In this document: positions 30,466-40,142 of the stretch, one piece after another | Layout of the letters: each line of letters opens with the position of its first letter | Position numbering within the stretch: position 1 is the first letter of the stretch | Source of the DNA: Bacillota bacterium | GTDB lineage: Bacteria; Bacillota; Ch66; Ch109 | Reading direction: 5' to 3' | Assembly: GCA_050952625.1 (NCBI GenBank) | Contig: JBMNLH010000002.1 | Coordinates: 98,990-162,989, forward strand | DNA: 64,000 nucleotides | The notes under the pieces: model-generated | Told to the model about the DNA's origin: nothing | The model's database searches: none | What the model saw: only the letters and a program-made list of their open reading frames with translations | Program-made: the position numbers and the translations under genes

Positions 30466-31065
30466 GTGTTTAGAAAAATAAAAGTCTGGTTAATAGTGGT
30501 TGTACTGGGTTTGCTGCTAGCGGCAGCCGGTATTTCGCAGGCCCAAAACGGAAATACAGTTATTCCTGGAACCGAGGCTGACCCCCTGGTTACGCGCAGT
30601 TATGTTGATCAGCTTTTCACTTCCCTGGAAAACCGGTTGGCTGCCTTAGAAACGAAAATAAACCAGCTTCCTCCTCCCCAACCACCAGCCGAAACTCCCC
30701 AACCCGGCCTGATCCAGGTCGTGATTGACGGCCAGGTAGTTGGTTTTCCGGACCAGAAACCATATATAGATTCCGCTACTGATCGGATGCTGGTACCCAT
30801 AGGCCCGGTTATGCGTCAAGTGGGAGCAAAAGCAGACTGGTCGCAAGGCGAACAGAAAGCAACCATCGTTAAGGGTGACCAAGAGATCATCCTTTGGATC
30901 GGAAAAAAAGAGGCCAGGGTAAACGGGATAACCGTGTTGATCGATCAGCCCGCGGTGTTAGTGAATGACCGAACCATGGTGCCGCTTCGATTCTGCAGCG
31001 AAACACTGGGGTATCAGGTTAACTGGGATCCAGCTAACCACCGAGCCCTGATTCAGACGACTTAA
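30466..31065 (+). CDS. secreted copper-amine-oxidase N-terminal (stalk) domain protein
   Basis: Signal peptide; PGTEADPLVT..YV; RTMVPLRF..E.LG..V.W motif. Confidence 0.85.
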   Translation: MFRKIKVWLIVVVLGLLLAAAGISQAQNGNTVIPGTEADPLVTRSYVDQLFTSLENRLAALETKINQLPPPQPPAETPQPGLIQVVIDGQVVGFPDQKPYIDSATDRMLVPIGPVMRQVGAKADWSQGEQKATIVKGDQEIILWIGKKEARVNGITVLIDQPAVLVNDRTMVPLRFCSETLGYQVNWDPANHRALIQTT

Positions 31066-31076
31066 ATCCCGGGACA

Positions 31077-31105
31077 CGCTGACCTCCGTAAAATATGGCG
31101 TGATC
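31077..31105 (-). repeat. dispersed hairpin repeat, short copy F
   Basis: Minus strand reads GATCACGCCATATTTTACGGAGGTCAGCG. Confidence 0.5.
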
Positions 31106-31385
31106 ATGATTTTTCCGGTGGTTGATCCGCGAGGGCTTCAATCTCCTCTAAGCTTTGACAATAATAAAGCTTCAAAAAATGATTCATCCAGAGGTAATTC
31201 TCCTCTTCATCCAGCTGTCCTAAATAATAGGCCATGTCCCGCATTCCCTGCAGATAATTGTAAAGGCTGTTCTTGGTTTCCTGAAAAGCATGAAGATTTG
31301 GCTTATCACTGCTGAAAAATTCAGCTAGTCTGGCTTTAGCCGCCTTGCACCTAGCCCGGAGATACCCATGTGGAGTTAAGGTCAT
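31104..31385 (-). CDS. hypothetical protein
   Basis: ORF with a GGGAG RBS, directly downstream of the YkgJ gene. Confidence 0.7.
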   Translation of the reverse strand: MTLTPHGYLRARCKAAKARLAEFFSSDKPNLHAFQETKNSLYNYLQGMRDMAYYLGQLDEEENYLWMNHFLKLYYCQSLEEIEALADQPPEKS

Positions 31386-31397
31386 CTTAGCACTCCC

Positions 31398-31817
31398 TCA
31401 ATACTCATCATAAAACCAATCAAGAATTGGCTTGACTTCCGTTCCAGGATAATCCCCAATCTCTTTTACCTTTTCTAACCAAGGTAAGATCCCTCGGAAA
31501 TCAAGATTACTCAGGTTACAGAAAAACGCCCGGCACCCAATTGGCCGGACTGGATAAATTAGACAGCGATTGTTTAAGAAAAAGGGACATTCCAGTCCTT
31601 GCAGCGGCGGTAGTTCTAACGACTTGTCCTGCAGATAATCCTGAATCACCTGCCATTCAAAACTGGTGACCATAGGGATCATGGCAGCTGCCTCAAAATT
31701 ACAGCATACCCCTGGACAATCCGGTTCTGGACAACTATGGCCCATTAGTGATTGATACCGTTCTAAATCCTCCCACAGGGTTTGTAGCTGCCGCAGATAG
31801 TTCTGACTCTCTCGCAA
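31398..31817 (-). CDS. YkgJ-family cysteine cluster protein
   Basis: C...C...CC and CPFF....C.IYPVRP..CR motifs. Confidence 0.85.
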   Translation of the reverse strand: MRESQNYLRQLQTLWEDLERYQSLMGHSCPEPDCPGVCCNFEAAAMIPMVTSFEWQVIQDYLQDKSLELPPLQGLECPFFLNNRCLIYPVRPIGCRAFFCNLSNLDFRGILPWLEKVKEIGDYPGTEVKPILDWFYDEY

Positions 31818-31859
31818 AACATCACCCCCTTTGTGATTTAGGCCGGATATCTGGATCCG

Positions 31860-31878
31860 GGGACAGTTAACCTGTCCC
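31860..31878. repeat. REP-like palindrome GGGACAG-N5-CTGTCCC
   Basis: Direct inspection. Confidence 0.7.
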
Positions 31879-31893
31879 CGTGTTCTTCTGTCC

Positions 31894-34800
31894 CTAGCAG
31901 CGGGAATAGCCGCAATTTTGGCAGGTGTAGCAACCCTCCAGGGGCATTAAGACCTTGTTGCACTCCGGACAAATTACCCCGCTCGGTGCTTCGATCTCGC
32001 CAGACACCTTCATTTTAAACCCATTCTCTCGAATAGTCTTTTCTAGAGCGGCCCCGATGGAACTGGCACAGCTCTTACCCGGGCTTAGTTGACGCCCTTT
32101 TCCCTTGGCCAGCATCCAGGAAGGGCAGGAGTGGGTAGACTGGAGCTGCTCCACGATTTCCGGGATTGGTACCCCGGCCCGGATGGCCATTGATACCAGG
32201 CGTGAGGTGGCCTCCGTGTAAACCAGGCAACCGCCATCACTGCCGGTCGTAATAAAGGTCTCAATCACCTCACCGGTATCCGGGTCATAATTTACAGTCA
32301 GGTAAACCTTTCCGCAACCAGTATCCAGGCGTTCTGTAACGCCCAGGGTCCGGGTCGGCCGCGGCTTGATCTGACCATAACCAAGATTCTTCACTTCTTT
32401 ACTTTTCTGTTCGCCGACCTCGATCACACCCTGCTTCGAGCCATCCCGAAACACAGTGATCCCCTTAAGCCCGCCAGCCCACGCGGCCAAGTAGATCTCC
32501 CCGATATCCTCAGCAGTAGCAGAATTGGGCAAATTGATTGTCTTGGAGATGGCATTATCAACGTACTGCTGCAAGGCAATCTGCATGGCTAGATGGTCTT
32601 TGGGATCGATATCCTGGGCTCCCTTGAACAAGTGCCGGATTCTCTCAGGTATGCCCTCAATTCCCTGGCAGGAACCCTTTTTAGCGACCGCAGTCATGGC
32701 CCGCGGGGAAACCCCGGCTTTTTCACAGGCCTCTTGAAACAGAGGCGAAAAGACATCAAATACGCCGGCCTGAGTGGTTTTCCGATACGCAACCGCAAAA
32801 ATTGGCTCTATCCCATAACCCTCGGCCCCGGCTAAGACCGTAATTGACCCGGTCGGGGCAATGGTAATACAGGCGGCATTGCGCCGGCACTCACCGGTCG
32901 CCGCAAAGACCGACTGCTCCCACTGGGGAAATACGGATTTTTCCTCGCCTAAACTAGCTGAGGTCCGGTGGGCCTCCTCCTGGATATACCGCATCACCTG
33001 ACTGGCCAACTGCCGTCCTTCTGGCGAATCGTAAGCTTGGCTGCATTTGATCAGCAAGTCATGCAACCCCAGAATACCTAGGCCAATTTTTCGGGTATTG
33101 CGGGTATGGTGAGCGATAAAATCCAACGGATACTCAGCAACGTCGATCATGTTGTCCAGGAATCTGACGGCGACCGCGGTAACCTGTTTTAGCTTGTCCC
33201 AGTTCACCTCGCCGTTTTCCACCATATTCGCCAGGTTAATTGAACCCAGCAAACAACTCTCCCCGGGACTCAGGGGCTGTTCCCCGCAGTTATGGGCGTA
33301 AAGGCCGTTGGCGTCAAAAGCATTTACCCCGGGCACCTGAACATCATAAACATCCTCGACCCCATCTTCGGTAATATCTAAAACGGTTGCGGTAAAACGC
33401 TCCCGATTAAACTCACGCTGGTAGGATTTGAGCAGTGTTTCTAACTTAATGGCCTTATCACGGTTGGTAAAACCGACCCGCTCCGCAAAAAAGAATAAAT
33501 TATCTTTACTGATTGCTAGTTCATGCTGGGCTTGAACGCTATATTTTTTCAGGAGCCGACGGCTATCCGGCAACATTTTTTCGCCGGCCGGTCTTCGATT
33601 AGGATATATTCGACTGACTATGCCCAGGCGTAATAACATCCGCTGCACCGCCTGAAGCAAAGCCAGGTTACTTTGAGCTAGCCGGACACTAACTCCCTTT
33701 TGTTGCGTCCCCAGGACGGTACCATCGGCATCGAACAACCCCCGTAAAAACCCCCGGTAAGCGGCAGAAGACATCTCTTCGATTTGCGGAGTAATTGTTT
33801 TATTGCCTGGAGAGAGGCCCATCTTATTCGCCAGTATCTTAATACTTGCTTGTTTTAGTCTAAATTCATGTCTATCCTTGACGGCGGTCCAGCCAGCAAA
33901 ATCAGAACGGTGGAGCAAGGTCCGGGCATATTGCCAAGCCTGTTCCATGACCAGTTTAGTTCCGTCCCCTCCATCTGCCTGATTAACTGCTTTCTCTTGG
34001 GACCAAACACTTAGCACCGCCGTCTCCTTCTTTAAGGTGCCATCACCAATTAAAAGGCCTAACAGATAGCCCTCTCCTTCGTTTAATCGACCCGGCCATT
34101 CTTTAAGTTCCCGGTGGTTGTGGAGGATGATTTGATCACCGGGTTTAAGTTCTCCGGCCGGTACCCATTCTCGCTCAATCCGATAGCGCGTTTTATTGGC
34201 CACACGCAGAATTTTGTGATCAGTAGTTAAGCGTAAAGTATACCCCTCTTGAGTCCGTAACCGGACAACCGCTTTGGTGGCTGTTTTAAAAAACCCTTTT
34301 TCCCCCGTGGGAAAGAGTTTTCCATTAACCACTGTGGTAAAGCGGCCACCGATCAAGTCTTTAACCTGTCTTGGGCCATTTGCCGTGAAAACCCAAGTGT
34401 CTGCTGTCACACAGGGGTTGGTCGCATTGATCTGGTTAACCGGTACCGGATTGGTTTCGGTGAGCCGATCTAAAAAAATGACGCCCGGATCGCCACAAGC
34501 CCAGGCCGCTTCCATGATCTCATTCCAGAGCTGCCGGGCTGGCAGGGTTTCCCGCACTTCCCCATTAAAGCGAAACTCCCAGAGTTCGTCATTTTGCACC
34601 GCCTGCATGAACTTGTCTGTTACGCCGACCGACAGGTTAAAGTTTTCGATTCCGCCTTCGCGCTTAACCCGGATGAAATCCCGGACCTCGGGGTGATCGC
34701 AGTTTAAAATCCCCATGAACGCCCCACGCCGGACCCCGCCTTGCTTAATCATCCCGGCACTGGAATCATAGAGCCGAATCAGTTCAACAACCCCGCTGGC

Positions 34801-35205
34801 TTGTCCCTTAGTGGAGCGCACTAAATCCCCTTTTGGTCGAATCTTGGAAAAATTGTAGCCTAAGCCACCGCCAGATTTACATACTAAGGCCGAATCCTTT
34901 AAGGTCTGATACATTGAATCAAGACTGTCTTCCACATCCAGGACAAAACAGGCTCCTGGCTGCCAGGGCCGGTCCGGCTTGCCCATATTTGCCCAAATGG
35001 GGGTGGACGGAACAAAATCGCGCCGATCAATGATCTCCGCAAATTGACTAGCCCATTGTTCCCGCTCTTCAGGTTTTTCCGCCTGGGCAGCACAGTTGCT
35101 GATACGGCTGACCGCTTCGGTAGGGGTTTCGGTAATCTCCCGCTGTTCGTTTCGCATCGCGTACCGGTCATTAAAGATAGCCATTCCGTTTGGCGTCAGT
35201 TCCAC
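31894..35205 (-). CDS. nrdJ: class II (AdoCbl-dependent) ribonucleotide reductase containing an intein
   Basis: ACFV, GGG.G..FS, RRGA.M, TNP|CGEQ, APTG and SKTIN motifs; C-terminal TSCPD-like and Zn-ribbon region. Confidence 0.95.
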   Translation of the reverse strand: MELTPNGMAIFNDRYAMRNEQREITETPTEAVSRISNCAAQAEKPEEREQWASQFAEIIDRRDFVPSTPIWANMGKPDRPWQPGACFVLDVEDSLDSMYQTLKDSALVCKSGGGLGYNFSKIRPKGDLVRSTKGQASGVVELIRLYDSSAGMIKQGGVRRGAFMGILNCDHPEVRDFIRVKREGGIENFNLSVGVTDKFMQAVQNDELWEFRFNGEVRETLPARQLWNEIMEAAWACGDPGVIFLDRLTETNPVPVNQINATNPCVTADTWVFTANGPRQVKDLIGGRFTTVVNGKLFPTGEKGFFKTATKAVVRLRTQEGYTLRLTTDHKILRVANKTRYRIEREWVPAGELKPGDQIILHNHRELKEWPGRLNEGEGYLLGLLIGDGTLKKETAVLSVWSQEKAVNQADGGDGTKLVMEQAWQYARTLLHRSDFAGWTAVKDRHEFRLKQASIKILANKMGLSPGNKTITPQIEEMSSAAYRGFLRGLFDADGTVLGTQQKGVSVRLAQSNLALLQAVQRMLLRLGIVSRIYPNRRPAGEKMLPDSRRLLKKYSVQAQHELAISKDNLFFFAERVGFTNRDKAIKLETLLKSYQREFNRERFTATVLDITEDGVEDVYDVQVPGVNAFDANGLYAHNCGEQPLSPGESCLLGSINLANMVENGEVNWDKLKQVTAVAVRFLDNMIDVAEYPLDFIAHHTRNTRKIGLGILGLHDLLIKCSQAYDSPEGRQLASQVMRYIQEEAHRTSASLGEEKSVFPQWEQSVFAATGECRRNAACITIAPTGSITVLAGAEGYGIEPIFAVAYRKTTQAGVFDVFSPLFQEACEKAGVSPRAMTAVAKKGSCQGIEGIPERIRHLFKGAQDIDPKDHLAMQIALQQYVDNAISKTINLPNSATAEDIGEIYLAAWAGGLKGITVFRDGSKQGVIEVGEQKSKEVKNLGYGQIKPRPTRTLGVTERLDTGCGKVYLTVNYDPDTGEVIETFITTGSDGGCLVYTEATSRLVSMAIRAGVPIPEIVEQLQSTHSCPSWMLAKGKGRQLSPGKSCASSIGAALEKTIRENGFKMKVSGEIEAPSGVICPECNKVLMPLEGCYTCQNCGYSRC
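33289..34413 (-). mobile_element. intein with LAGLIDADG homing endonuclease (375 aa)
   Basis: Starts CVTADT; block B TTDH; LLGLLIGDG and FLRGLFDADG; ends VYD...AHN followed by extein C. Confidence 0.95.
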
Positions 35206-35494
35206 TCTTTTATCCCCCTTATACTAAAGCACTTGGATTAAAATTCAGACTTACTTAGGTCTGGTATGATCTTTTTGTAGTAATACTCATAGCAATGACA
35301 CCGGGAATTGTCTATTGCGTAATTATCATACTACAAATACTAACTCGACATCAAAAACCTTAAGGCTAATGAACCGTCATTAGCTCAGTTTTCCATGATA
35401 ACTTAACTTTCTTGAGAACAAGACATGATCTTAACAAACTCGGTTAGAAAACTAATCCCAACCTTCTTTCCGTTGGTTGGGGTTTTTGGAGGTG

Positions 35495-35568
35495 ACCTTG
35501 TTTAAACTCCAGGTGGGGCAGAGTCTCCAACTGAAGCCTCTTTGCTCAGTAAAGCCGAACGAGTTCGC
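35495..35568 (+). mobile_element. second IS200/IS605-like end remnant
   Basis: Colinear similarity to 6954-7026 (ACCTTGTT.AAACT.CAGG.GG.G...AGTCTCCA.CTG...AAGCCGAAC). Confidence 0.6.
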
Positions 35569-35626
35569 TAAAAAAAGATCGGTTTGAGCTGATGAAATAG
35601 CCGAATAGGTTGATCGTTGCTGAAAA

Positions 35627-36127
35627 CTATCTTAACAGTATCAGACCCACGCAGTGCAGAAATTTAAACAAATAACTGATAAAAGCAGCGATCATTAACC
35701 CGATGGCCAGATATAAAAACAAATACCCAAATTTCAACTCTAACGGAATCAACAAAATCGCCCCAAAAAAAGCAATCGTCGTTGCTTTGCCCAGCCAATC
35801 AGCTCCGATGAATTGTCCCCGCGAAGCCAGAATGCTGGCCCCGATAACCATTGCCGATTCTTTCACCAAGACAAGATAAAAATAAAGCAAAGAGATAATA
35901 TTATAAGTACCCAAATAAAACAAGACAGTTAAGAGCAAAAGCTTGTCAGCCAAAGGATCTAACAATTTTCCCCAGTTTGAAGTCATCTCTAACCGGCGAG
36001 CCAAATAGCCGTCGAGCATGTCCGTTAAGCCAGCTACAAGCACTACGACAATAGCATAATATCGATTTTCCGTAAATAGCCAACCAAAAATTGGTATCAT
36101 CAAAAAGCGAGAAAATGTTAAGGCCAT
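35627..36127 (-). CDS. CDP-alcohol phosphatidyltransferase (PgsA-like)
   Basis: TDMLDGYLARR......G..LDPLADK motif. Confidence 0.92.
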   Translation of the reverse strand: MALTFSRFLMIPIFGWLFTENRYYAIVVVLVAGLTDMLDGYLARRLEMTSNWGKLLDPLADKLLLLTVLFYLGTYNIISLLYFYLVLVKESAMVIGASILASRGQFIGADWLGKATTIAFFGAILLIPLELKFGYLFLYLAIGLMIAAFISYLFKFLHCVGLILLR

Positions 36128-36215
36128 AGGCCAATTAAAGCTGCTTATTTACCCCACCCCCATATGAAAAAAGTATACACCTTTTAGATAAAGAGATAAA
36201 GATTAGCAGGGCAAA

Positions 36216-37484
36216 TTAGTTAACTCTTTTTTGCAGCCAATGGCTTAACCAGCGGCTAAGTCGGCTCGAGTACTGAAAATCCAGATAGCGATCTACTTCA
36301 TACCCTGGCACTGGAATGATTCCAATATCCGTTTTGGGAACTTGATGCAGCAGACCCCAGTGAATTTTCTCAGATGGTTGTTGATCAGATGATTCATCAA
36401 TTCGCCAAAAACTGATCGGTACCGGATTAGGTGAAATGCTCAAGATCTGAGTAAGCTCGAACATTGACCTTACCGGAATTCCTCCAACCTCCTTGATAAT
36501 ATCGCCGCTGCGCAAACCAGCCGTATAAGCTGGCGATGGCCGAACCACGTCCAGAACATGAAGACCCCGCCGGGAAGGAATAAACCGGGGTGACCCCTCC
36601 ATCTCCTCCCTTTGGGACCGGTTGATCACTAATTCGTGCCCTAATGGTGCAAAAACTGCGGCAGCCCAGCTCAGCCATGAATAATACGAGGCAATCAAAG
36701 CCAATCCCAATAGAATCAGGCTGTAAAGTCCCAGGGTCCAGGCCGACCGTCGACCGCGCTGACCCGGGGTAACCGTGAGGGCTAACTCTCCGTAACCTAA
36801 CCCGACTACAGCCGGGGCTAAACCGATGATGGTATTCTCCGGATCTAACCCAATGGGTTTTAACAGGGGCCACCAATCAGGCATAGCAATACCGGTTCCC
36901 TCCCCCCCGGTCCCGCCATAAATCGTTAGCACAATTAAGGGTACCGGCCAAAATTTCTGGAGATTAAAGCCGCCAATCCCCTGACCTTCAGCATTTCGGG
37001 TATAAATCGGCAGTGCATCCAGATGACCGCTCAAACGGATAAGAATGCTCTCCACCATGTGCAAAACAGCCACTAAGGCCATTAAGTGCGGGACATTAAA
37101 GTTGGGAAAACCAATAGCCAGCGAAGTTAAGCTTAAAAAGCCCCCGGCATAAGCAAAACAAAGTAAACGCGGGTGAATTAGCATCAGTAAAACCGCCAGG
37201 AGCAAAATATAATAAAGGCCTTCCTCCGGGAGGGTAATCCCGAAAAGGACCATTAAGAGACTGCCAAACAGACCGGCCACTATACCTAATAGCGTGGAAA
37301 CCAGGGTAACCCGAATTACCGAATTATCCTTGATGCCAAATAAATAAGCTTTGACCTGTCCCATGCGGGCATACTGATAAGCGATAACTCCGACCACAAT
37401 CCAAAAAATGGGGGACGACAGAATAGTGCCACTTAATTGAATCACTTGGAGTAATACCAATCCGAGGGTTTCCAATAAACCCAC
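36216..37484 (-). CDS. minJ: MinJ-like multi-TM PDZ protein
   Basis: Multiple TM helices, C-terminal PDZ (SPAY.AGL..GD), and ftsEX-ctpB synteny. Confidence 0.72.
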   Translation of the reverse strand: MGLLETLGLVLLQVIQLSGTILSSPIFWIVVGVIAYQYARMGQVKAYLFGIKDNSVIRVTLVSTLLGIVAGLFGSLLMVLFGITLPEEGLYYILLLAVLLMLIHPRLLCFAYAGGFLSLTSLAIGFPNFNVPHLMALVAVLHMVESILIRLSGHLDALPIYTRNAEGQGIGGFNLQKFWPVPLIVLTIYGGTGGEGTGIAMPDWWPLLKPIGLDPENTIIGLAPAVVGLGYGELALTVTPGQRGRRSAWTLGLYSLILLGLALIASYYSWLSWAAAVFAPLGHELVINRSQREEMEGSPRFIPSRRGLHVLDVVRPSPAYTAGLRSGDIIKEVGGIPVRSMFELTQILSISPNPVPISFWRIDESSDQQPSEKIHWGLLHQVPKTDIGIIPVPGYEVDRYLDFQYSSRLSRWLSHWLQKRVN

Positions 37485-37562
37485 CTCCAGCCTCCGTCCG
37501 CCTGATAAAAACACAAGCGCCTTTCCTCAAAAAGAGCCAGCGCCTGCGCAAGATTAAAAATA

Positions 37563-38717
37563 TTAAAGCTGGGTTTGAATAATTTCGATACCTTTAGCTA
37601 ATTGAGAATCCTGCTGACTGTTTGGCGGCATATCGACGACTACGTTGGGTTCTATTCCCTTTTGATTGATATCATGGCCAGAGGGAGTCAGGTATTTATG
37701 CGTCGTTAACTTAACCCCGCCCCCGCCACTTAAGGGGTAGATTCCCTGAACCAATCCTTTCCCATAGGTTCTGGTGCCCACCAGGGTTCCAGAATTAGTA
37801 TCCTTGATCGCCCCGGCCACTATTTCGGACGCACTGGCCGTCATATCGTTAACCAGTACCACCAGCGGCAATCCCAGATTTCCGCCATCCGCCTCATAAA
37901 TATCTTCTTGATTATCCCGACCAATTACCCTGACCACCGGTCCCCGCGGCACAAAGTGATTAACCACTTCCAGGCAGACTGAAAAATCACCGCCGCCGTT
38001 ATTCCGCAGATCAACAATCAATCCCTTAACCTTCTGATCCAACAAATTATTCAGGGATTCGTTCAGTTCCTGAGCGGTATTCCCGCTAAAACTATATAAC
38101 CGAACATAGCCGATTCGTTTGTCTTGTTCAAGAACCTGGCTTTCGACTGAAGGGATATTGATTATTTCGCGCACCAAGGTTTTTTCTATTAGGGCATTTT
38201 CTCCCTTTCGTTCAATGCATAACCGAATTTCGGTCCCTGGTTCTCCTCGCATCAGGGCAATCGCTGTGTCCAGATCCATCCCTTCGGTCCGGCGTTCGTC
38301 AATTTGCACAATCACATCCCCAACCTGCAGGCCGGCTCTTTCCGCTGGGGTACCCTTAAAGGGAGGGGCCCCCACAGTTAGTTGATTATCCCGAACCCCT
38401 ACTAAAATACCCAGCCCTCCGAAGCTACCCTGGACATGAATAATCAGATCCTCATATTCTTTAGCACTCAGATAATTGGAATAGGGGTCATCAAGTGACC
38501 CCACAATGCCCCGTAAGACACCTTCAAACATAGCTGCTGAATCAGCTGGTTCCAAAGCCTTGGTCCTGACCAACGTCGTCACCTTTAACAGCCGGGCAAT
38601 CTCCTCATAATTGACCATGACTAACGAACCCAAGATAAGGTTAACCGCCAGAAAAACCGCCAGTAATAACCTGAGGAATAAGTGCCACTTACTTTGACCC
38701 TGCATATTAAGGCCCAT
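37563..38717 (-). CDS. S41 carboxyl-terminal protease (CtpB-like)
   Basis: DPYS, PDZ, DLRNNGGG, TASASEI and TYGKG motifs. Confidence 0.93.
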   Translation of the reverse strand: MGLNMQGQSKWHLFLRLLLAVFLAVNLILGSLVMVNYEEIARLLKVTTLVRTKALEPADSAAMFEGVLRGIVGSLDDPYSNYLSAKEYEDLIIHVQGSFGGLGILVGVRDNQLTVGAPPFKGTPAERAGLQVGDVIVQIDERRTEGMDLDTAIALMRGEPGTEIRLCIERKGENALIEKTLVREIINIPSVESQVLEQDKRIGYVRLYSFSGNTAQELNESLNNLLDQKVKGLIVDLRNNGGGDFSVCLEVVNHFVPRGPVVRVIGRDNQEDIYEADGGNLGLPLVVLVNDMTASASEIVAGAIKDTNSGTLVGTRTYGKGLVQGIYPLSGGGGVKLTTHKYLTPSGHDINQKGIEPNVVVDMPPNSQQDSQLAKGIEIIQTQL

Positions 38718-38829
38718 CCTCCCGCACTATTCAATACTCTGGTCCCAATTATATGACCAATAATATACCATTATTAACCTCAAGACAATACTTGCTAAAT
38801 TATCTGTTCAGAACCAAATTTGTTCTTCA

Positions 38830-39981
38830 TTACAAGTAATTGTGCGGGTTAACCGGGGTGCCATTTTTCCGAACTTCAAAGTGTAAGTGCGGCCCAGTGC
38901 TCCAGCCCGTACTGCCTACTTTACCGATTGTTTCGCCCCGGGCGACCTTTTGGCCGTTTTTGACTAAAATACTGGACTGATGGGCATACATCGTTGATAT
39001 TCCTCCACCGTGGTCGATAATCACGACTTGTCCATAAGCACCCATCCAGCCAGTAAAGATAACCGTTCCCGATTCTGCCGCCTTGATCGGAGTTCCTTTA
39101 GCCCCCCGCAGATCAATCCCGGTGTGCATTCGTTTCTCTTTTAAGATAGGATGGAGTCGCATGCCATAGTCCGAGGTGATCGCACCGCTAATCGGCCGCA
39201 GGAACTTCCCGGTGGGGGCCGGCTTGTCCGATGATGAGGACTGCAGATCCCGGATGATCCTTTCTAACCGCTTAGAATCCTGCTCCAATTGATTCAGGGC
39301 TTTTTCGACCGCGGCTTTGTCTTGTTTAATTTTCGCCAATGCTTGCTCTTTTTCTGCCGTTTGCTGCTTCAGGTAAGCTTGCTTCTGCTGGGTTTCCTGC
39401 TTAACTGATTCGACTTGCAGGTAAGCTGTCTCCAACTCAATCTTGCGGGTGTTAATAATCTGTTGTTCCTTTTCAATCTCTTTAATCAAAACTACGTCCT
39501 GATCCGCAATCTTTTGCAGCAAATCAAAACGGGATAAAAAATCGGCAAAACTGGCGGAATCGAGCAGCACCTCCAGATAACTGACTTCCCCATTCTGATA
39601 GATGCTCTTCAAACGCTGGGCCAGGATCGCACATCGTTCCTCCATGGCCGCTTGCGCCCGCTCTAAATCCTTTTTAGTAACTTGAATCTGACTATTCAGG
39701 ACCTGCTGTTTTTTGTTTAAATATTGAATCTCCGCCTCTGTCTTGTCAATGTCTGCCTCCAGCACGTTAATCTGCTGAACCACTGTTTTTTGTTCTTTCT
39801 TAGCTTCTTCCAACTGCCTCTGGCGCAGTTCAATCTCCCGGCTAACCTTTTCTAGTTCCCGCTGTCGATTTTGTAGCTCTGCTTCTGACCCGATTACCGG
39901 TGCCAAGTAAAAACTACCAGAAGCAAAAACTAAAACGAGACTCAAAAACAAGACTAAACCTAGACGGAAACTACGAGACAC
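38830..39981 (-). CDS. EnvC-like coiled-coil M23 peptidase
   Basis: Coiled coil plus HTGID, YAH and STGPHLHFEVR motifs. Confidence 0.92.
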   Translation of the reverse strand: MSRSFRLGLVLFLSLVLVFASGSFYLAPVIGSEAELQNRQRELEKVSREIELRQRQLEEAKKEQKTVVQQINVLEADIDKTEAEIQYLNKKQQVLNSQIQVTKKDLERAQAAMEERCAILAQRLKSIYQNGEVSYLEVLLDSASFADFLSRFDLLQKIADQDVVLIKEIEKEQQIINTRKIELETAYLQVESVKQETQQKQAYLKQQTAEKEQALAKIKQDKAAVEKALNQLEQDSKRLERIIRDLQSSSSDKPAPTGKFLRPISGAITSDYGMRLHPILKEKRMHTGIDLRGAKGTPIKAAESGTVIFTGWMGAYGQVVIIDHGGGISTMYAHQSSILVKNGQKVARGETIGKVGSTGWSTGPHLHFEVRKNGTPVNPHNYL

Positions 39982-39996
39982 TTGAATACCCCCCCA

Positions 39997-40065
39997 TTTA
40001 GTTGTTAGTCGTTAGTCGTTGGTTTTTGGTTTTTGGTTTTTGGTTGTTGGTTGTTAGGTGTTGGA
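39997..40065. repeat. heptamer tandem repeats (TTAGTCG/TTGGTTT/TTGGTTG)
   Basis: About 9 units with period 7 between ftsX and envC. Confidence 0.8.
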
Positions 40066-40142
40066 TAGTAGACAAAAAGTGGAAACAACCAAGCACCGTC
40101 ATCATCGCAATGACCTTAGTCGTAGAGTTTGTTCTTAGCTTG

